Shown in pieces: positions 48,985 through 58,185 of a DNA stretch of 63,846 bases (the stretch's first letter is position 1; each line of letters starts with the position of its first letter). Location: positions 1 to 63,846 of the IMG/VR virus record IMGVR_UViG_3300036766_002130; one strand, 5' to 3'. The notes under the pieces are model-generated. The model had not been told where the DNA came from. It ran no database searches and was given only the letters and a program-made list of their open reading frames with translations. This DNA comes from a virus. Its lineage: Duplodnaviria; Caudoviricetes. Position numbers and translations under genes: made by a program.

Positions 48985-49711
48985 TCGTATCTACAGTTGA
49001 AGCATGATTACCCTCAACAAATTCAACTATATTAAAACCTGTTTTTCCTCGTACAACTGGACTATACACCCTGTTTTTATTGAAAAAACCTGCCCAAAAA
49101 CTGAATGTAGAATTAGCCCTCAAGAGAACATCCGCGTTCACCATTAAGAAGAAATCAGGCAAAAATTGCAAATCTCTCTCCAATCTGGGGTCCTCAGTTT
49201 GTGTCTCTTCTGCTACCCATCTAATATTCCCTTTTGGTATATTAAATTTGTCACACGCCCGTAGGTAGGACTCTTTAGATATCTCGCAGTATTCATTTGA
49301 AAACTTACTAACGTAATCACCCTTGCGAAGATGAGCTACCACAGAAAAAGTGGCTTCTTTCGGAAAAAGGCTTACCCATTTATCTTGAAATTGAAGCCAA
49401 CTTCTTATTTTTGCTTCAGACAAAATGTCTATAAATTCTTTCCTTTGAAAGTATCCACACAAATCTATATTTATTGTCCCCCACTTTACACAATCCGTTT
49501 TTGTTGGTGGTAATTTTACAGATGGTTTTGGATGTTCTACATTCTTAAATATCTTCTGACCCACCCAGTTAGGTATTTCAAGAGTAGCACCATACTTTTC
49601 AGCGTAGGTTCTGGCAAATAAATATTGAAATATTTGATTGCCAAAACGTCCCATCTTACCAAGCCGGGCAACTTGTACTATCCCTTTAGGCACCTGGCTG
49701 GCCCCTAGCAT
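48959..49711 (-). CDS. GT11 (alpha-1,2-fucosyltransferase)-like protein
   Basis: GRFGNQIFQY, GYFQ, HLRKGDY, ANSTFSFWA. Confidence 0.8.
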   Translation of the reverse strand: MLGASQVPKGIVQVARLGKMGRFGNQIFQYLFARTYAEKYGATLEIPNWVGQKIFKNVEHPKPSVKLPPTKTDCVKWGTINIDLCGYFQRKEFIDILSEAKIRSWLQFQDKWVSLFPKEATFSVVAHLRKGDYVSKFSNEYCEISKESYLRACDKFNIPKGNIRWVAEETQTEDPRLERDLQFLPDFFLMVNADVLLRANSTFSFWAGFFNKNRVYSPVVRGKTGFNIVEFVEGNHASTVDTNADFCFRK

Positions 49712-50384
49712 CTAAAGCCCAAATCTTGTAATTAGAAACATCATTATCTTTTATCTCAAAAAGTGGAAACAACTGCTTGGTCACAAAGAAAGCGTTAATT
49801 GCACAAACAGATATCAATTCGTAGCCTTTTCTCTTCGCCAATTTCGTTAAGGAAGCTAATGATGTTCCCACATACTTCTTACGTGGGAATGGGATGTGTT
49901 GAATAAACTCCTCACCATTTCTAAGTGTTGGGCTACACTCAACACAGACAATACTGGGGGTATACTCTACAAAAGCTTCCCAAATATAATAATCGGGGCC
50001 GTCAACATCAATCGAAAGAAAGTCAAAATCTTTTGGGCAAGGAGTATTTTTAAGAAGACTATCTAAGCTGTTAATTCCGTCTATCTCTACTTTAGAATTT
50101 AAACACATCACTGGAAAACCTTTATAGGTCGTCTTCAGTTCAGCAAACTTTCCAGCATCTGATTCAATCTCAACCCCATTCCAACCTCTGTTTACAATCA
50201 AATTAAAGGTGTTACTGTAGAGTTTGCCATCCCAAGCTCCAAATTCAACACACCATTTATTTTTAGAACCAATAATCTCAAAAATCTTCTCTATAACACC
50301 ATCCTCTCCGTGCTGGGAAGTAACGACTTTACGATATTCTGCTAGCCAATTCGGTAGATTCATTCTACTATATCTCCGCAGCAA
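49686..50384 (-). CDS. FkbM-like methyltransferase
   Basis: SQHGEDG, EFGAWDG, SIDVDG.DY, NAFFV. Confidence 0.78.
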   Translation of the reverse strand: MLRRYSRMNLPNWLAEYRKVVTSQHGEDGVIEKIFEIIGSKNKWCVEFGAWDGKLYSNTFNLIVNRGWNGVEIESDAGKFAELKTTYKGFPVMCLNSKVEIDGINSLDSLLKNTPCPKDFDFLSIDVDGPDYYIWEAFVEYTPSIVCVECSPTLRNGEEFIQHIPFPRKKYVGTSLASLTKLAKRKGYELISVCAINAFFVTKQLFPLFEIKDNDVSNYKIWALDARGQPGA

Positions 50385-50907
50385 TTATATCGTCTTTGAA
50401 TAATGGGCTGTCTACATAACTTATGTTGTACCCCGGATTTATTTCTTTGAGTTTGGCAATAACATCTGATTCCTTAATAACTGGCCAACTTCCAAAGTTA
50501 TCTGCAAATAATCGTCTGTCGTCTATAAGAAGCGTATGATTCCTAATTGGATGTTGCTTTATCTGCTCCAATTCTAAAAGCAACGGAAATGATTCTGTCA
50601 AAGGTTCAGGCCAACCCAAATCTTTATTGGAATGAGCATCTAGCCAGAAAATAGCGTGTTCAGATACGTCCTTAAGAATATTTTTAAGCTGCTCTGCACT
50701 ACTCCCAAGTACAATTTTAACATTACTATTTTCTCTGAATCTTCTACAACAACGATCATAATACAGCTTGGAAAATTCAATACTATAAATCTGCTGAAAC
50801 CCGGCTTTAATTGCGGTAACAATACCATCTCCCTTGTATGTGCCGGTCTCAACAAAGACGTTTATATCCTTCTTGAACTTTTCCAAAACCTGGAACGACA
50901 AAGGCAT
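50368..50907 (-). CDS. SAM-dependent methyltransferase-like protein
   Basis: FVETGT..G, SIE, FWLDAH, IDD.R. Confidence 0.72.
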   Translation of the reverse strand: MPLSFQVLEKFKKDINVFVETGTYKGDGIVTAIKAGFQQIYSIEFSKLYYDRCCRRFRENSNVKIVLGSSAEQLKNILKDVSEHAIFWLDAHSNKDLGWPEPLTESFPLLLELEQIKQHPIRNHTLLIDDRRLFADNFGSWPVIKESDVIAKLKEINPGYNISYVDSPLFKDDIIAAEI

Positions 50908-50908
50908 T

Positions 50909-51070
50909 CTATCCTCCTTTTACAATATGAAGACGAAGTTTCTCCGTAAAACAGTACTTTTTCTTGTCCTTTAAAGCAAAAAATTCAGACAGCATTTTGT
51001 GTAAACAGTATGCTTGGGCATTACCCCCAACATTATTATGATACGGAGTTAGAAAATACATAGCTCTCAT
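50909..51070 (-). pseudogene. N-terminal fragment of a polysaccharide pyruvyl-transferase-like gene
   Basis: MRAMYFLTPYHNNVGGNAQAYCLHKML..., 53 aa. Confidence 0.4.
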
Positions 51071-51079
51071 ATAACTTTC

Positions 51080-51958
51080 CTAATGTTCAACAATCTTTCG
51101 GTAATACCATTCGCCAATTTTTTCAGGGCGGAGCTTCATCTCCCAAAGATCCACAATATTCTTTCGAATGCAGTTCATCCTCTTAGGATCTTCTAACAAT
51201 TCTATAGCTTTCGACCCAAATTGTTTGGGGTCGCTGCAAAAGACACAATGAACATTATCTTCAAAAATAACGTCGTTAGCAAATGGATAATCCTTTCCCA
51301 AAGGTTCTGTAATCATGATAATCCCTTGCTGAATAAACTCTGGGATCTTCCATCCAAGGTAGGCAGAGGCACTCCAAACAAAGCCCAATTTTGTATCCAG
51401 TAGCAATTTTTCGTATTCACTTTGTGGTGATTTATGTCCGTATCTTGTGTTGAACCCTCTCTCTTCCAAAAGTTTAGCCTGCTCAATGAGGGTTCGCCGA
51501 GCAACAGCCCATGGTTTATTAGAATTTGGGGGAGTACCTCTATTCCAGTATCGCATCAAAGCAACCACATCTATTGGCCTGGCTCGATTGAGCAAATCAG
51601 ATTTGTTAAAGGACCGATTCCGCCACCATCTGTAGAGACCACAAGGTATTATCCTCTTACTATACTCACCATATATAGAGTAATCAAAAAGGTTTGGACT
51701 GTAATGAAACTTAAAAACCCGCTTGTAATCTCTTTCCTGTAGATTTGGCCAGTCAAATTTGTTGAATTCAAAACCATCTGCGTGTGCTATGTAGGCAACA
51801 ATTTCCCCGTCTACAGAAATACTACAGACCGGAATAGTTGGGTCTACCCCCAAAGAAAATCCCAACTTCTTCTCAACTAATTTCATGGCATCAAAGATGG
51901 GACAAAGATACCCCTCATACGGGCCAAGATTCATTCGTATACTTCTGCTCATTGCCAT
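51080..51958 (-). CDS. Putative GT-B glycosyltransferase
   Basis: EY..LL..TK.G, WKIPE, F.DNVHCVF; cluster context. Confidence 0.55.
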   Translation of the reverse strand: MAMSRSIRMNLGPYEGYLCPIFDAMKLVEKKLGFSLGVDPTIPVCSISVDGEIVAYIAHADGFEFNKFDWPNLQERDYKRVFKFHYSPNLFDYSIYGEYSKRIIPCGLYRWWRNRSFNKSDLLNRARPIDVVALMRYWNRGTPPNSNKPWAVARRTLIEQAKLLEERGFNTRYGHKSPQSEYEKLLLDTKLGFVWSASAYLGWKIPEFIQQGIIMITEPLGKDYPFANDVIFEDNVHCVFCSDPKQFGSKAIELLEDPKRMNCIRKNIVDLWEMKLRPEKIGEWYYRKIVEH

Positions 51959-51967
51959 CCCACTTTT

Positions 51968-52762
51968 TTATCCAAATCCGTAATACTCGGTGTTTAACCA
52001 GTCATCTGAAATGTTAATATACTCCAGCATTTTCTTGGCTACATCATCAATCCTTTGGCCCACCCTCTTATATTCCTCTCGGATTGATGTAACAATATCT
52101 GAGGCACCTTTCCAATGAATAGCATTAGGAAGTTCCCCATTATAGATGCATCTACGGCCCATCAGGCCCAGTTCAACAACAGTATTGGATAATCCATCGT
52201 GCTTTATGGGTCTCAGTCCTATAAAACACTGCTTATAAATGTTTTGCATTTCTGCAGGAGAATACTTTCCCCAAGCTGTGGGAAGGATTTCAATATCCTT
52301 AAGAGAAGCCAGAACCTCGTCTATAATACTTTGTCCATATCTCAAACACTTCTGTCCATAATTGTAGATGTAGATTTTGCTACCTAGTTCTGTGGGCTTA
52401 AATTGTTCCACAGGAACATGTGAGATTGGCAGAAAAATGTACGGAACCCCACATAATTTTAAATCTTGAGCTACAAAACTGGAAATGGCTATATGCTTTA
52501 CATTTTTTCTCTGAAAGAGTTCTGCAAAGCCTTTTCTTGCTTCAATATTCTGAAGGGCCTGTGCATCGCTACCACGCCAAACAAGAACCACTAAAGAATC
52601 TGGATCATGCGAAAGTATTTTAGCCAGATTTTTCTGGTTGTAGCAACCAAAGAAGATAACTGGTTCTTTTGTATTTGTGTATTCTACAAAGTTATATTTC
52701 TTGAAAATGCGGGCCTTAAAGGCTTTTATCGCATTACAAACGTAGCACTGCTCTATCCTCAC
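51968..52762 (-). CDS. Putative glycosyltransferase
   Basis: Y..CFIGLR...HDG..NT..E.GLMG; cluster context. Confidence 0.5.
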   Translation of the reverse strand: MRIEQCYVCNAIKAFKARIFKKYNFVEYTNTKEPVIFFGCYNQKNLAKILSHDPDSLVVLVWRGSDAQALQNIEARKGFAELFQRKNVKHIAISSFVAQDLKLCGVPYIFLPISHVPVEQFKPTELGSKIYIYNYGQKCLRYGQSIIDEVLASLKDIEILPTAWGKYSPAEMQNIYKQCFIGLRPIKHDGLSNTVVELGLMGRRCIYNGELPNAIHWKGASDIVTSIREEYKRVGQRIDDVAKKMLEYINISDDWLNTEYYGFG

Positions 52763-53451
52763 CTTTGACCTTTCATATATTCAAGTGTATCTACAAATGA
52801 CATTCCTTTTCTAACATCAGAGGGAAGTTGTTTATATCTTCTCTTTGCCACCCCAATTCTTTCAATATGGGATCTTACATAGTACAATACCTGGTCGAGA
52901 GTATAGGTTTTGTACTCCTTTGTCATTTTTAGATACCATGCTGCATCTGTTCCAAACCAGCTTGTATTCTCCGGAAATCTAATTTTTTTATCTACAGGAA
53001 AAAGTAATGAGCCAGTAACAAATTTAATTACTCTACCCTTATTATCTCTTCGTGGCTCTTCTCGATGGTTAATCTGCTTGCGTTCACTAAACCATACCCC
53101 TCCAGTCGCTATCATCTTTTTTTCTTTTTGAAGAGCTTTTAGTTGTAGTTCAAGTCTATAAATATTTGATACGTCATCACTACCCATCCAACAAGCATAC
53201 TCAGTTTTGCACGCATCAAGAAGCCTGTTCATAGTGTAGGGTACACCTTTATTCAATTTATTTCTAAGCAAGGATATTCTTGGGTCTTTCTTAGCATAGA
53301 CTTTAAGAGCTTTCCAAGTATTGTCTGTTGAACCGTCATCGCAAATAAGAAAGGTAAAATCCTTGTATGTTTGATCGAGAATACTCGCTATCGAAGATCG
53401 CATGAGAGTTTGCCTATTAAACGTCCCCATTAGAACACTTACTTTAGGCAT
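52759..53451 (-). CDS. GT2 glycosyltransferase
   Basis: SVLMGTFN, DDGSTD, GSDD. Confidence 0.88.
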   Translation of the reverse strand: MPKVSVLMGTFNRQTLMRSSIASILDQTYKDFTFLICDDGSTDNTWKALKVYAKKDPRISLLRNKLNKGVPYTMNRLLDACKTEYACWMGSDDVSNIYRLELQLKALQKEKKMIATGGVWFSERKQINHREEPRRDNKGRVIKFVTGSLLFPVDKKIRFPENTSWFGTDAAWYLKMTKEYKTYTLDQVLYYVRSHIERIGVAKRRYKQLPSDVRKGMSFVDTLEYMKGQR

Positions 53452-53499
53452 TATTATAATTTCCTTCCATTCTAAAGTATAGTTGTTTACAAGTATTGT

Positions 53500-53539
53500 G
53501 AACAGGAAAGCCTATGAGCTTTAGCCATAGGTAGCTCAC
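53500..53539 (+). mobile_element. IS200/IS605 right-end remnant
   Basis: CAGGAAAGCCTATGAGCTTTAGCCATAGGTAGCTCAC. Confidence 0.75.
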
Positions 53540-54423
53540 ATTCTTCTATAAGTACTGGGATGATGTAAATTGGTTCCAAGAGTAGTAGCAAGGTGTGAAA
53601 TAGTCTCAAAACTTTTTTCTATTTTTTCTTTCGCAGACTCTGCATATTGATAGGCCTGTAGAACTAACTCTTTTGCTCTTGCTCTTTTCTGTACAATCTC
53701 CTCTTTACTAGTAATTATCAAATCTGAACATCCACAATCCTCCAGTAACCCCTCGATTTTATGGGAATTTGAGGGGATAGCCAAAAAAGGAACTTTTAGC
53801 ATCATAGCTAAGCAAACCCCATGAAATCTTCCAGTAATGTACAAATCTAAACTCTTTAACCAGTTAACATAGGCATACAAATCAGGATGTGTTGCTTCAA
53901 CTTGCATTGGAAAATAGTTGTTTTCTTCCATAAACCTTTTTCTTATATCCATGACACTATCACTAAATCCTATATCATGCATCCTAATACTTCCAGTGCT
54001 ATAAAAACTTAGATCTGGCACGATACAAACCCGTTCTTCTGGAATGCACTTTCTAATCTCGTTATACGATCTACTTTCTCTAACAGAAATATACCAAAAC
54101 TTATCCAGAATACCAGTTGCAAAGTACATTTTCTCCCAAACAGCGTTGATTAAAATTTTAGGTTTTTCACCAAAACATAACAATTTTAGGGCATTTCCAG
54201 CACAGTGATGGCAAGTTCCTTCCCCATTAACTATAATAAAGTCGCAAGCTCCTACTTTACTCATTAACTCTACGTTAGTATCAGAAATGGAATTCCTATC
54301 AAAAGATCCAATTAAATCAATCCCATATTTTCTACAGAGAGTTTTTATATTCTGAATTACCATCTCACACCCAAAATGAAACTCTTTACTTGTATCATTA
54401 AGTAAAATTGCTCTCTTGTTCAT
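53536..54423 (-). CDS. Polysaccharide pyruvyl-transferase family protein
   Basis: NDT...HFGC, NGEG, SVRESRS, PDL, TGRFHG, SNSHKI. Confidence 0.8.
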   Translation of the reverse strand: MNKRAILLNDTSKEFHFGCEMVIQNIKTLCRKYGIDLIGSFDRNSISDTNVELMSKVGACDFIIVNGEGTCHHCAGNALKLLCFGEKPKILINAVWEKMYFATGILDKFWYISVRESRSYNEIRKCIPEERVCIVPDLSFYSTGSIRMHDIGFSDSVMDIRKRFMEENNYFPMQVEATHPDLYAYVNWLKSLDLYITGRFHGVCLAMMLKVPFLAIPSNSHKIEGLLEDCGCSDLIITSKEEIVQKRARAKELVLQAYQYAESAKEKIEKSFETISHLATTLGTNLHHPSTYRRM

Positions 54424-55067
54424 TCAAGAACCTCCTGCACATTTCTGTAGGAAATAATTTTGTTTAGGCTACTTCTCTCCGAACACGAAAAAACTTGAAT
54501 CCTACTTTTCCTTTGTAGCTCTTCTAAGCCAGATTTAAAATAATTATAATACATGGGTAGTTTTGAATCAAACTTCTCTTTAGGTTCACCATAACCCTTA
54601 TGGAAGTGAGAAGATTTGTCTGATGTGTTTAAATCTACTCCAAGTAGATATATCTCTTTATATCCTAATATAATAGCTAATTGTAGTGCACAAAAACCTG
54701 AGTTTTTGCCCGTTCGAAAATCATTGAAGGTAAGCCCTATTCCATCCTGCTTATAACTTTTAATCACCATGTTGTATTCATTTAGACAATATATTAGGTT
54801 AAACCTTGTATCAACAATTCTTCCTTCCTCCTCCCGAAGAAAAGGGTGGCCTAAATCTGCAACAAACACTTTCGTGGTATTAATCTTATTAAAATCTGAA
54901 TGGCTTACTTTTTTAAGGAAGGTATAATCTACAGAAATGAAGAAATTTGGGTTTGGAACATAGAATACTGATTTATTAACAGCAATGGTATCCTCATCTT
55001 GGAGAGAACAAAAATTAAAATTCCCAAGACTTGGTCCTCCAGCTACAACAAATACTCTTTCTCTCAC
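54420..55067 (-). CDS. DUF115/Maf-like glycosyltransferase-fold protein
   Basis: GGPSL, IAVN, NSG..ALQLA..LGY.EIYLLG.D, HFH. Confidence 0.7.
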   Translation of the reverse strand: MRERVFVVAGGPSLGNFNFCSLQDEDTIAVNKSVFYVPNPNFFISVDYTFLKKVSHSDFNKINTTKVFVADLGHPFLREEEGRIVDTRFNLIYCLNEYNMVIKSYKQDGIGLTFNDFRTGKNSGFCALQLAIILGYKEIYLLGVDLNTSDKSSHFHKGYGEPKEKFDSKLPMYYNYFKSGLEELQRKSRIQVFSCSERSSLNKIISYRNVQEVLE

Positions 55068-55084
55068 CTCTTCCTACCTCTTAC

Positions 55085-55828
55085 TTATCTAGATAAAAAT
55101 GCTTGAAAGTCCTCCTTAGGAAAACATTCAAGAGCACTATCCAAATCCAAGTTAACAACCTCGATCCCATTTGACCTTATCGAGGGTGTAAATTCTTCAA
55201 AACACTGAGCAAAACTTCTTAACTTTCTGGGAAGTTCCCTTGAACTTTGACCTGAGTAACCCTCGTGCCAATGGGTTCTACCCTTCTTTTCGTCTACTTT
55301 CATTGAAAATCCCAGCAGTCCTATTTTTTTCGATCCAAGAGCTACAGCTAACATGAGCGCCCCAAATCCTGAATTATTACCACCCCATATTCCTTTCTTA
55401 AGGTCAAAGCTAATAGCTTTATTTGGTAAAGAGTTAACAACATATACACTTGGATCGAATCTAGTCTTCTCAGACCTCTTGAGAAAAACTTTTATTCCCT
55501 TATAGGCAACCCACTTGTTATGTAGTTCAACTGCTTTAAGATCCCTTTTGTCTGGAGAATTAAGAGCATCATAGAATCTTAAATCCATGGCATAGTTTAT
55601 TGTTGGGGAGAAAGCAATAAATGCTTTGTTTACCCCAATAGTTAGTTCCCCATCAAGTTTGTGAAAATCAAAGTTTTCTAAGCTAGGTCCCCCACCAATT
55701 ATAAAACATCGCTTCCCTTGCCACTCGTTAGATGAAAGAATTGATGCTATGTTTGAAGCCTGGCAAAGGCTACATTTAGTTGGAATAGCTATTCTAGTAG
55801 TTTTAGTGTGGTTTATTACACAACTCAT
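55085..55828 (-). CDS. DUF115/Maf-like glycosyltransferase-fold protein (paralog)
   Basis: GGGPSL, IGVN, NSG..AL.LA..LG...I.LLG, HWH. Confidence 0.7.
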   Translation of the reverse strand: MSCVINHTKTTRIAIPTKCSLCQASNIASILSSNEWQGKRCFIIGGGPSLENFDFHKLDGELTIGVNKAFIAFSPTINYAMDLRFYDALNSPDKRDLKAVELHNKWVAYKGIKVFLKRSEKTRFDPSVYVVNSLPNKAISFDLKKGIWGGNNSGFGALMLAVALGSKKIGLLGFSMKVDEKKGRTHWHEGYSGQSSRELPRKLRSFAQCFEEFTPSIRSNGIEVVNLDLDSALECFPKEDFQAFLSR

Positions 55829-55831
55829 TAG

Positions 55832-56881
55832 TTACGTTCCCACTGGCATCCAGTAAACCGTGCTACAATTCTCTGCTTTCCAGTAATCATTTTTTCTTAC
55901 GGGACAAAAAGTAAAACTACCGGAAGGAGCATTTGTTGACTGTGACATCGACGCTCTAACTGTTGTTGGAGGATTACTACCATCGGTTAAAACTCTGCAA
56001 TTCACACCAGCAGCAAACGTAGAACCAACGACAAAACCATCAGTTGCCGCTAGATACACCGTGTTATTTGCTCTAGCTGCCCAACTACCAAAAATTCCAG
56101 AAACTATGGGTGTCGAATTGGTAATAAATGCACGGACATCTGTTATTCTACTAGCTGGGATATATGTATCCCCATTTACTATTCTAACCTCAGCAAGAAC
56201 CAATTTTCCTCCATAAGATGGAGCAGATGGTGAAACTGCTGCGGTACCTTGGAATATATTAACAGTTCCATCTGTATCTACATAAACAAGATCAATACGT
56301 GAATTGGAACCTCCTGGAACACTAAAAGGACCCACCTTCTGATCTGCTATAGGTACATAACCTGTAGTACTTTGGATTCTTCCAGCCCTTACCCTAACAT
56401 ACATTTCACTAGCCTCTGATGGCTCAACCTTTAGAAATAAATTCTGAACATTCAAAAAGGTTCTATCAGCATAATCAAACCCGGTTAAAGTAGCTCCTTC
56501 AAATACACACTTCCCAACTATGATATCGTTAGCCAGAGCAGCAGCTACAGCGTGAATCTCCATATAGTTCCCTGGAGTAGCAGCATAGCTCCATCTTAAA
56601 ACTATATATGGAGTAGCTGAAGCTATTAAACCAGAATCTAAATTACCAGTTTTAAGTGTATATGTATCTGCTGTTCTAACACTTATCTGAAGGGAACTGT
56701 CCCCTATCTCAACAACAAGAGGGGATAATGTAACCTCAGAATCATTTACCTTTGTAAGGTATCCTCCACTGTAGATACCTCTTGGTCGGATATCTTTGTG
56801 CCTTTTATCCCACTGACTAGCAACAGCATCTTCAAAATATTGATGAACTATTGTTTGCGAGCCGCGATTAGTTGCACCCAC
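55832..56881 (-). CDS. Tail fibre or baseplate-attached protein
   Basis: Paralogous N-terminus with 56900; RIDLV; C-terminal AATDGFV...PVRKNDYW. Confidence 0.65.
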   Translation of the reverse strand: MGATNRGSQTIVHQYFEDAVASQWDKRHKDIRPRGIYSGGYLTKVNDSEVTLSPLVVEIGDSSLQISVRTADTYTLKTGNLDSGLIASATPYIVLRWSYAATPGNYMEIHAVAAALANDIIVGKCVFEGATLTGFDYADRTFLNVQNLFLKVEPSEASEMYVRVRAGRIQSTTGYVPIADQKVGPFSVPGGSNSRIDLVYVDTDGTVNIFQGTAAVSPSAPSYGGKLVLAEVRIVNGDTYIPASRITDVRAFITNSTPIVSGIFGSWAARANNTVYLAATDGFVVGSTFAAGVNCRVLTDGSNPPTTVRASMSQSTNAPSGSFTFCPVRKNDYWKAENCSTVYWMPVGT

Positions 56882-56899
56882 GTTTGTTTCCTCCTATTA

Positions 56900-58159
56900 T
56901 TAAGCAACTTTCCAAAATCTTGCTATGGTGTATTGCTCCCAACTACCAAAATTACAAGCTACGCCAAAACCATAAGTTGCTTGGGTTGCTGAGCATCTGT
57001 GTTGGACTTCAAATACTTTAGGGGAGGCTATAGTAAATCTTCCACAGGCCACACTATGGGTAACACACACTTGCGAGTTATACATAACTGCCCCAGAAGT
57101 AACAATTGAAGCATCAGATATATTATATAGCCTTACTTGGTGAGCCCCGACAAGATACCCAGGGGCGGACACTTCAAATTCATACGTACCAGCAGCTAAT
57201 GTAATACGATTAGCTCCTAAACCCGCGTGTCCTCCAACATCAGAAGATAACTCTGTCAAATCCCTAGTACGCCAGGCTCCGGAAGTAAACGTCCCACCAT
57301 TCACACCAGCAGCTTTAATGTCACGAACCAAAATATAATCCCTGAAACAACGCTTAGTTGTTAATTTACCATCAACATCATTTTCAATCATTACATCATC
57401 CGGAACTGCCGGCGAAGATATAAAATTTCGAACATCTTCTATCTTATCCACAGTTATGCTTGTATCCGTACTTGCAAGAGTTACTTCTGCAAGAACTAGT
57501 TTCCCTTTATAACTTGGTGCCACTGGAGTAGCAGATGCTGTTCCGGAACTATCAATTGCAATAACACCTGCTGCAGTAACATACACAAGGTATACTTTGC
57601 TATTTGAAGCAGGAGGGATAAACAAATCACTTTTCTGATCTGGTATATCTATCACTCCACTGTTTGTTTGAATTCTTCCACCTCGTATTCTAACTCTTAG
57701 TTCTACCTCTCCTGTGGACTCAACTCGAAGGAACAAGTGTTGAATATCTGGATCGCTTCTCTCACTATAGTCAAAGCCCTGAAGTACTCCTCCTCCATCA
57801 AACGAGCATTTCCCAACTACAATATCATTTGTTAGTGGGGAAGTAACTGCAAGAATTGCCATGTAATCATCAGCAGCAACCCCAGTATATGTCCATCGAA
57901 GAACAACCCATTCCTTTGTTGTTTTTGCTACTGCCAAGGACACGGCTTCAGTAGTTTCTACCCGAACTTGGTGTGTGCCATCTGATATTTCACACACAAG
58001 TGGTGACAGACTGACATTTAATGGAGGAACCAGAGTTATATACCCCCCTTTGTATATTCCTAACATCCGCGTATCTTTATGCCTTCGATTCACAATAGAA
58101 GATTGTGCAGAAGCGTGGAATATAATGCTAACTACTTGGCTCCCTTGATCTCCAGGCAT
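56900..58159 (-). CDS. Tail fibre or baseplate-attached protein
   Basis: C-terminal GGTFTSGAWRTRDL...TLAAGTY...FEVQH. Confidence 0.65.
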   Translation of the reverse strand: MPGDQGSQVVSIIFHASAQSSIVNRRHKDTRMLGIYKGGYITLVPPLNVSLSPLVCEISDGTHQVRVETTEAVSLAVAKTTKEWVVLRWTYTGVAADDYMAILAVTSPLTNDIVVGKCSFDGGGVLQGFDYSERSDPDIQHLFLRVESTGEVELRVRIRGGRIQTNSGVIDIPDQKSDLFIPPASNSKVYLVYVTAAGVIAIDSSGTASATPVAPSYKGKLVLAEVTLASTDTSITVDKIEDVRNFISSPAVPDDVMIENDVDGKLTTKRCFRDYILVRDIKAAGVNGGTFTSGAWRTRDLTELSSDVGGHAGLGANRITLAAGTYEFEVSAPGYLVGAHQVRLYNISDASIVTSGAVMYNSQVCVTHSVACGRFTIASPKVFEVQHRCSATQATYGFGVACNFGSWEQYTIARFWKVA

Positions 58160-58185
58160 TTTTTATTTCCTTTCACTTAAAAAAT

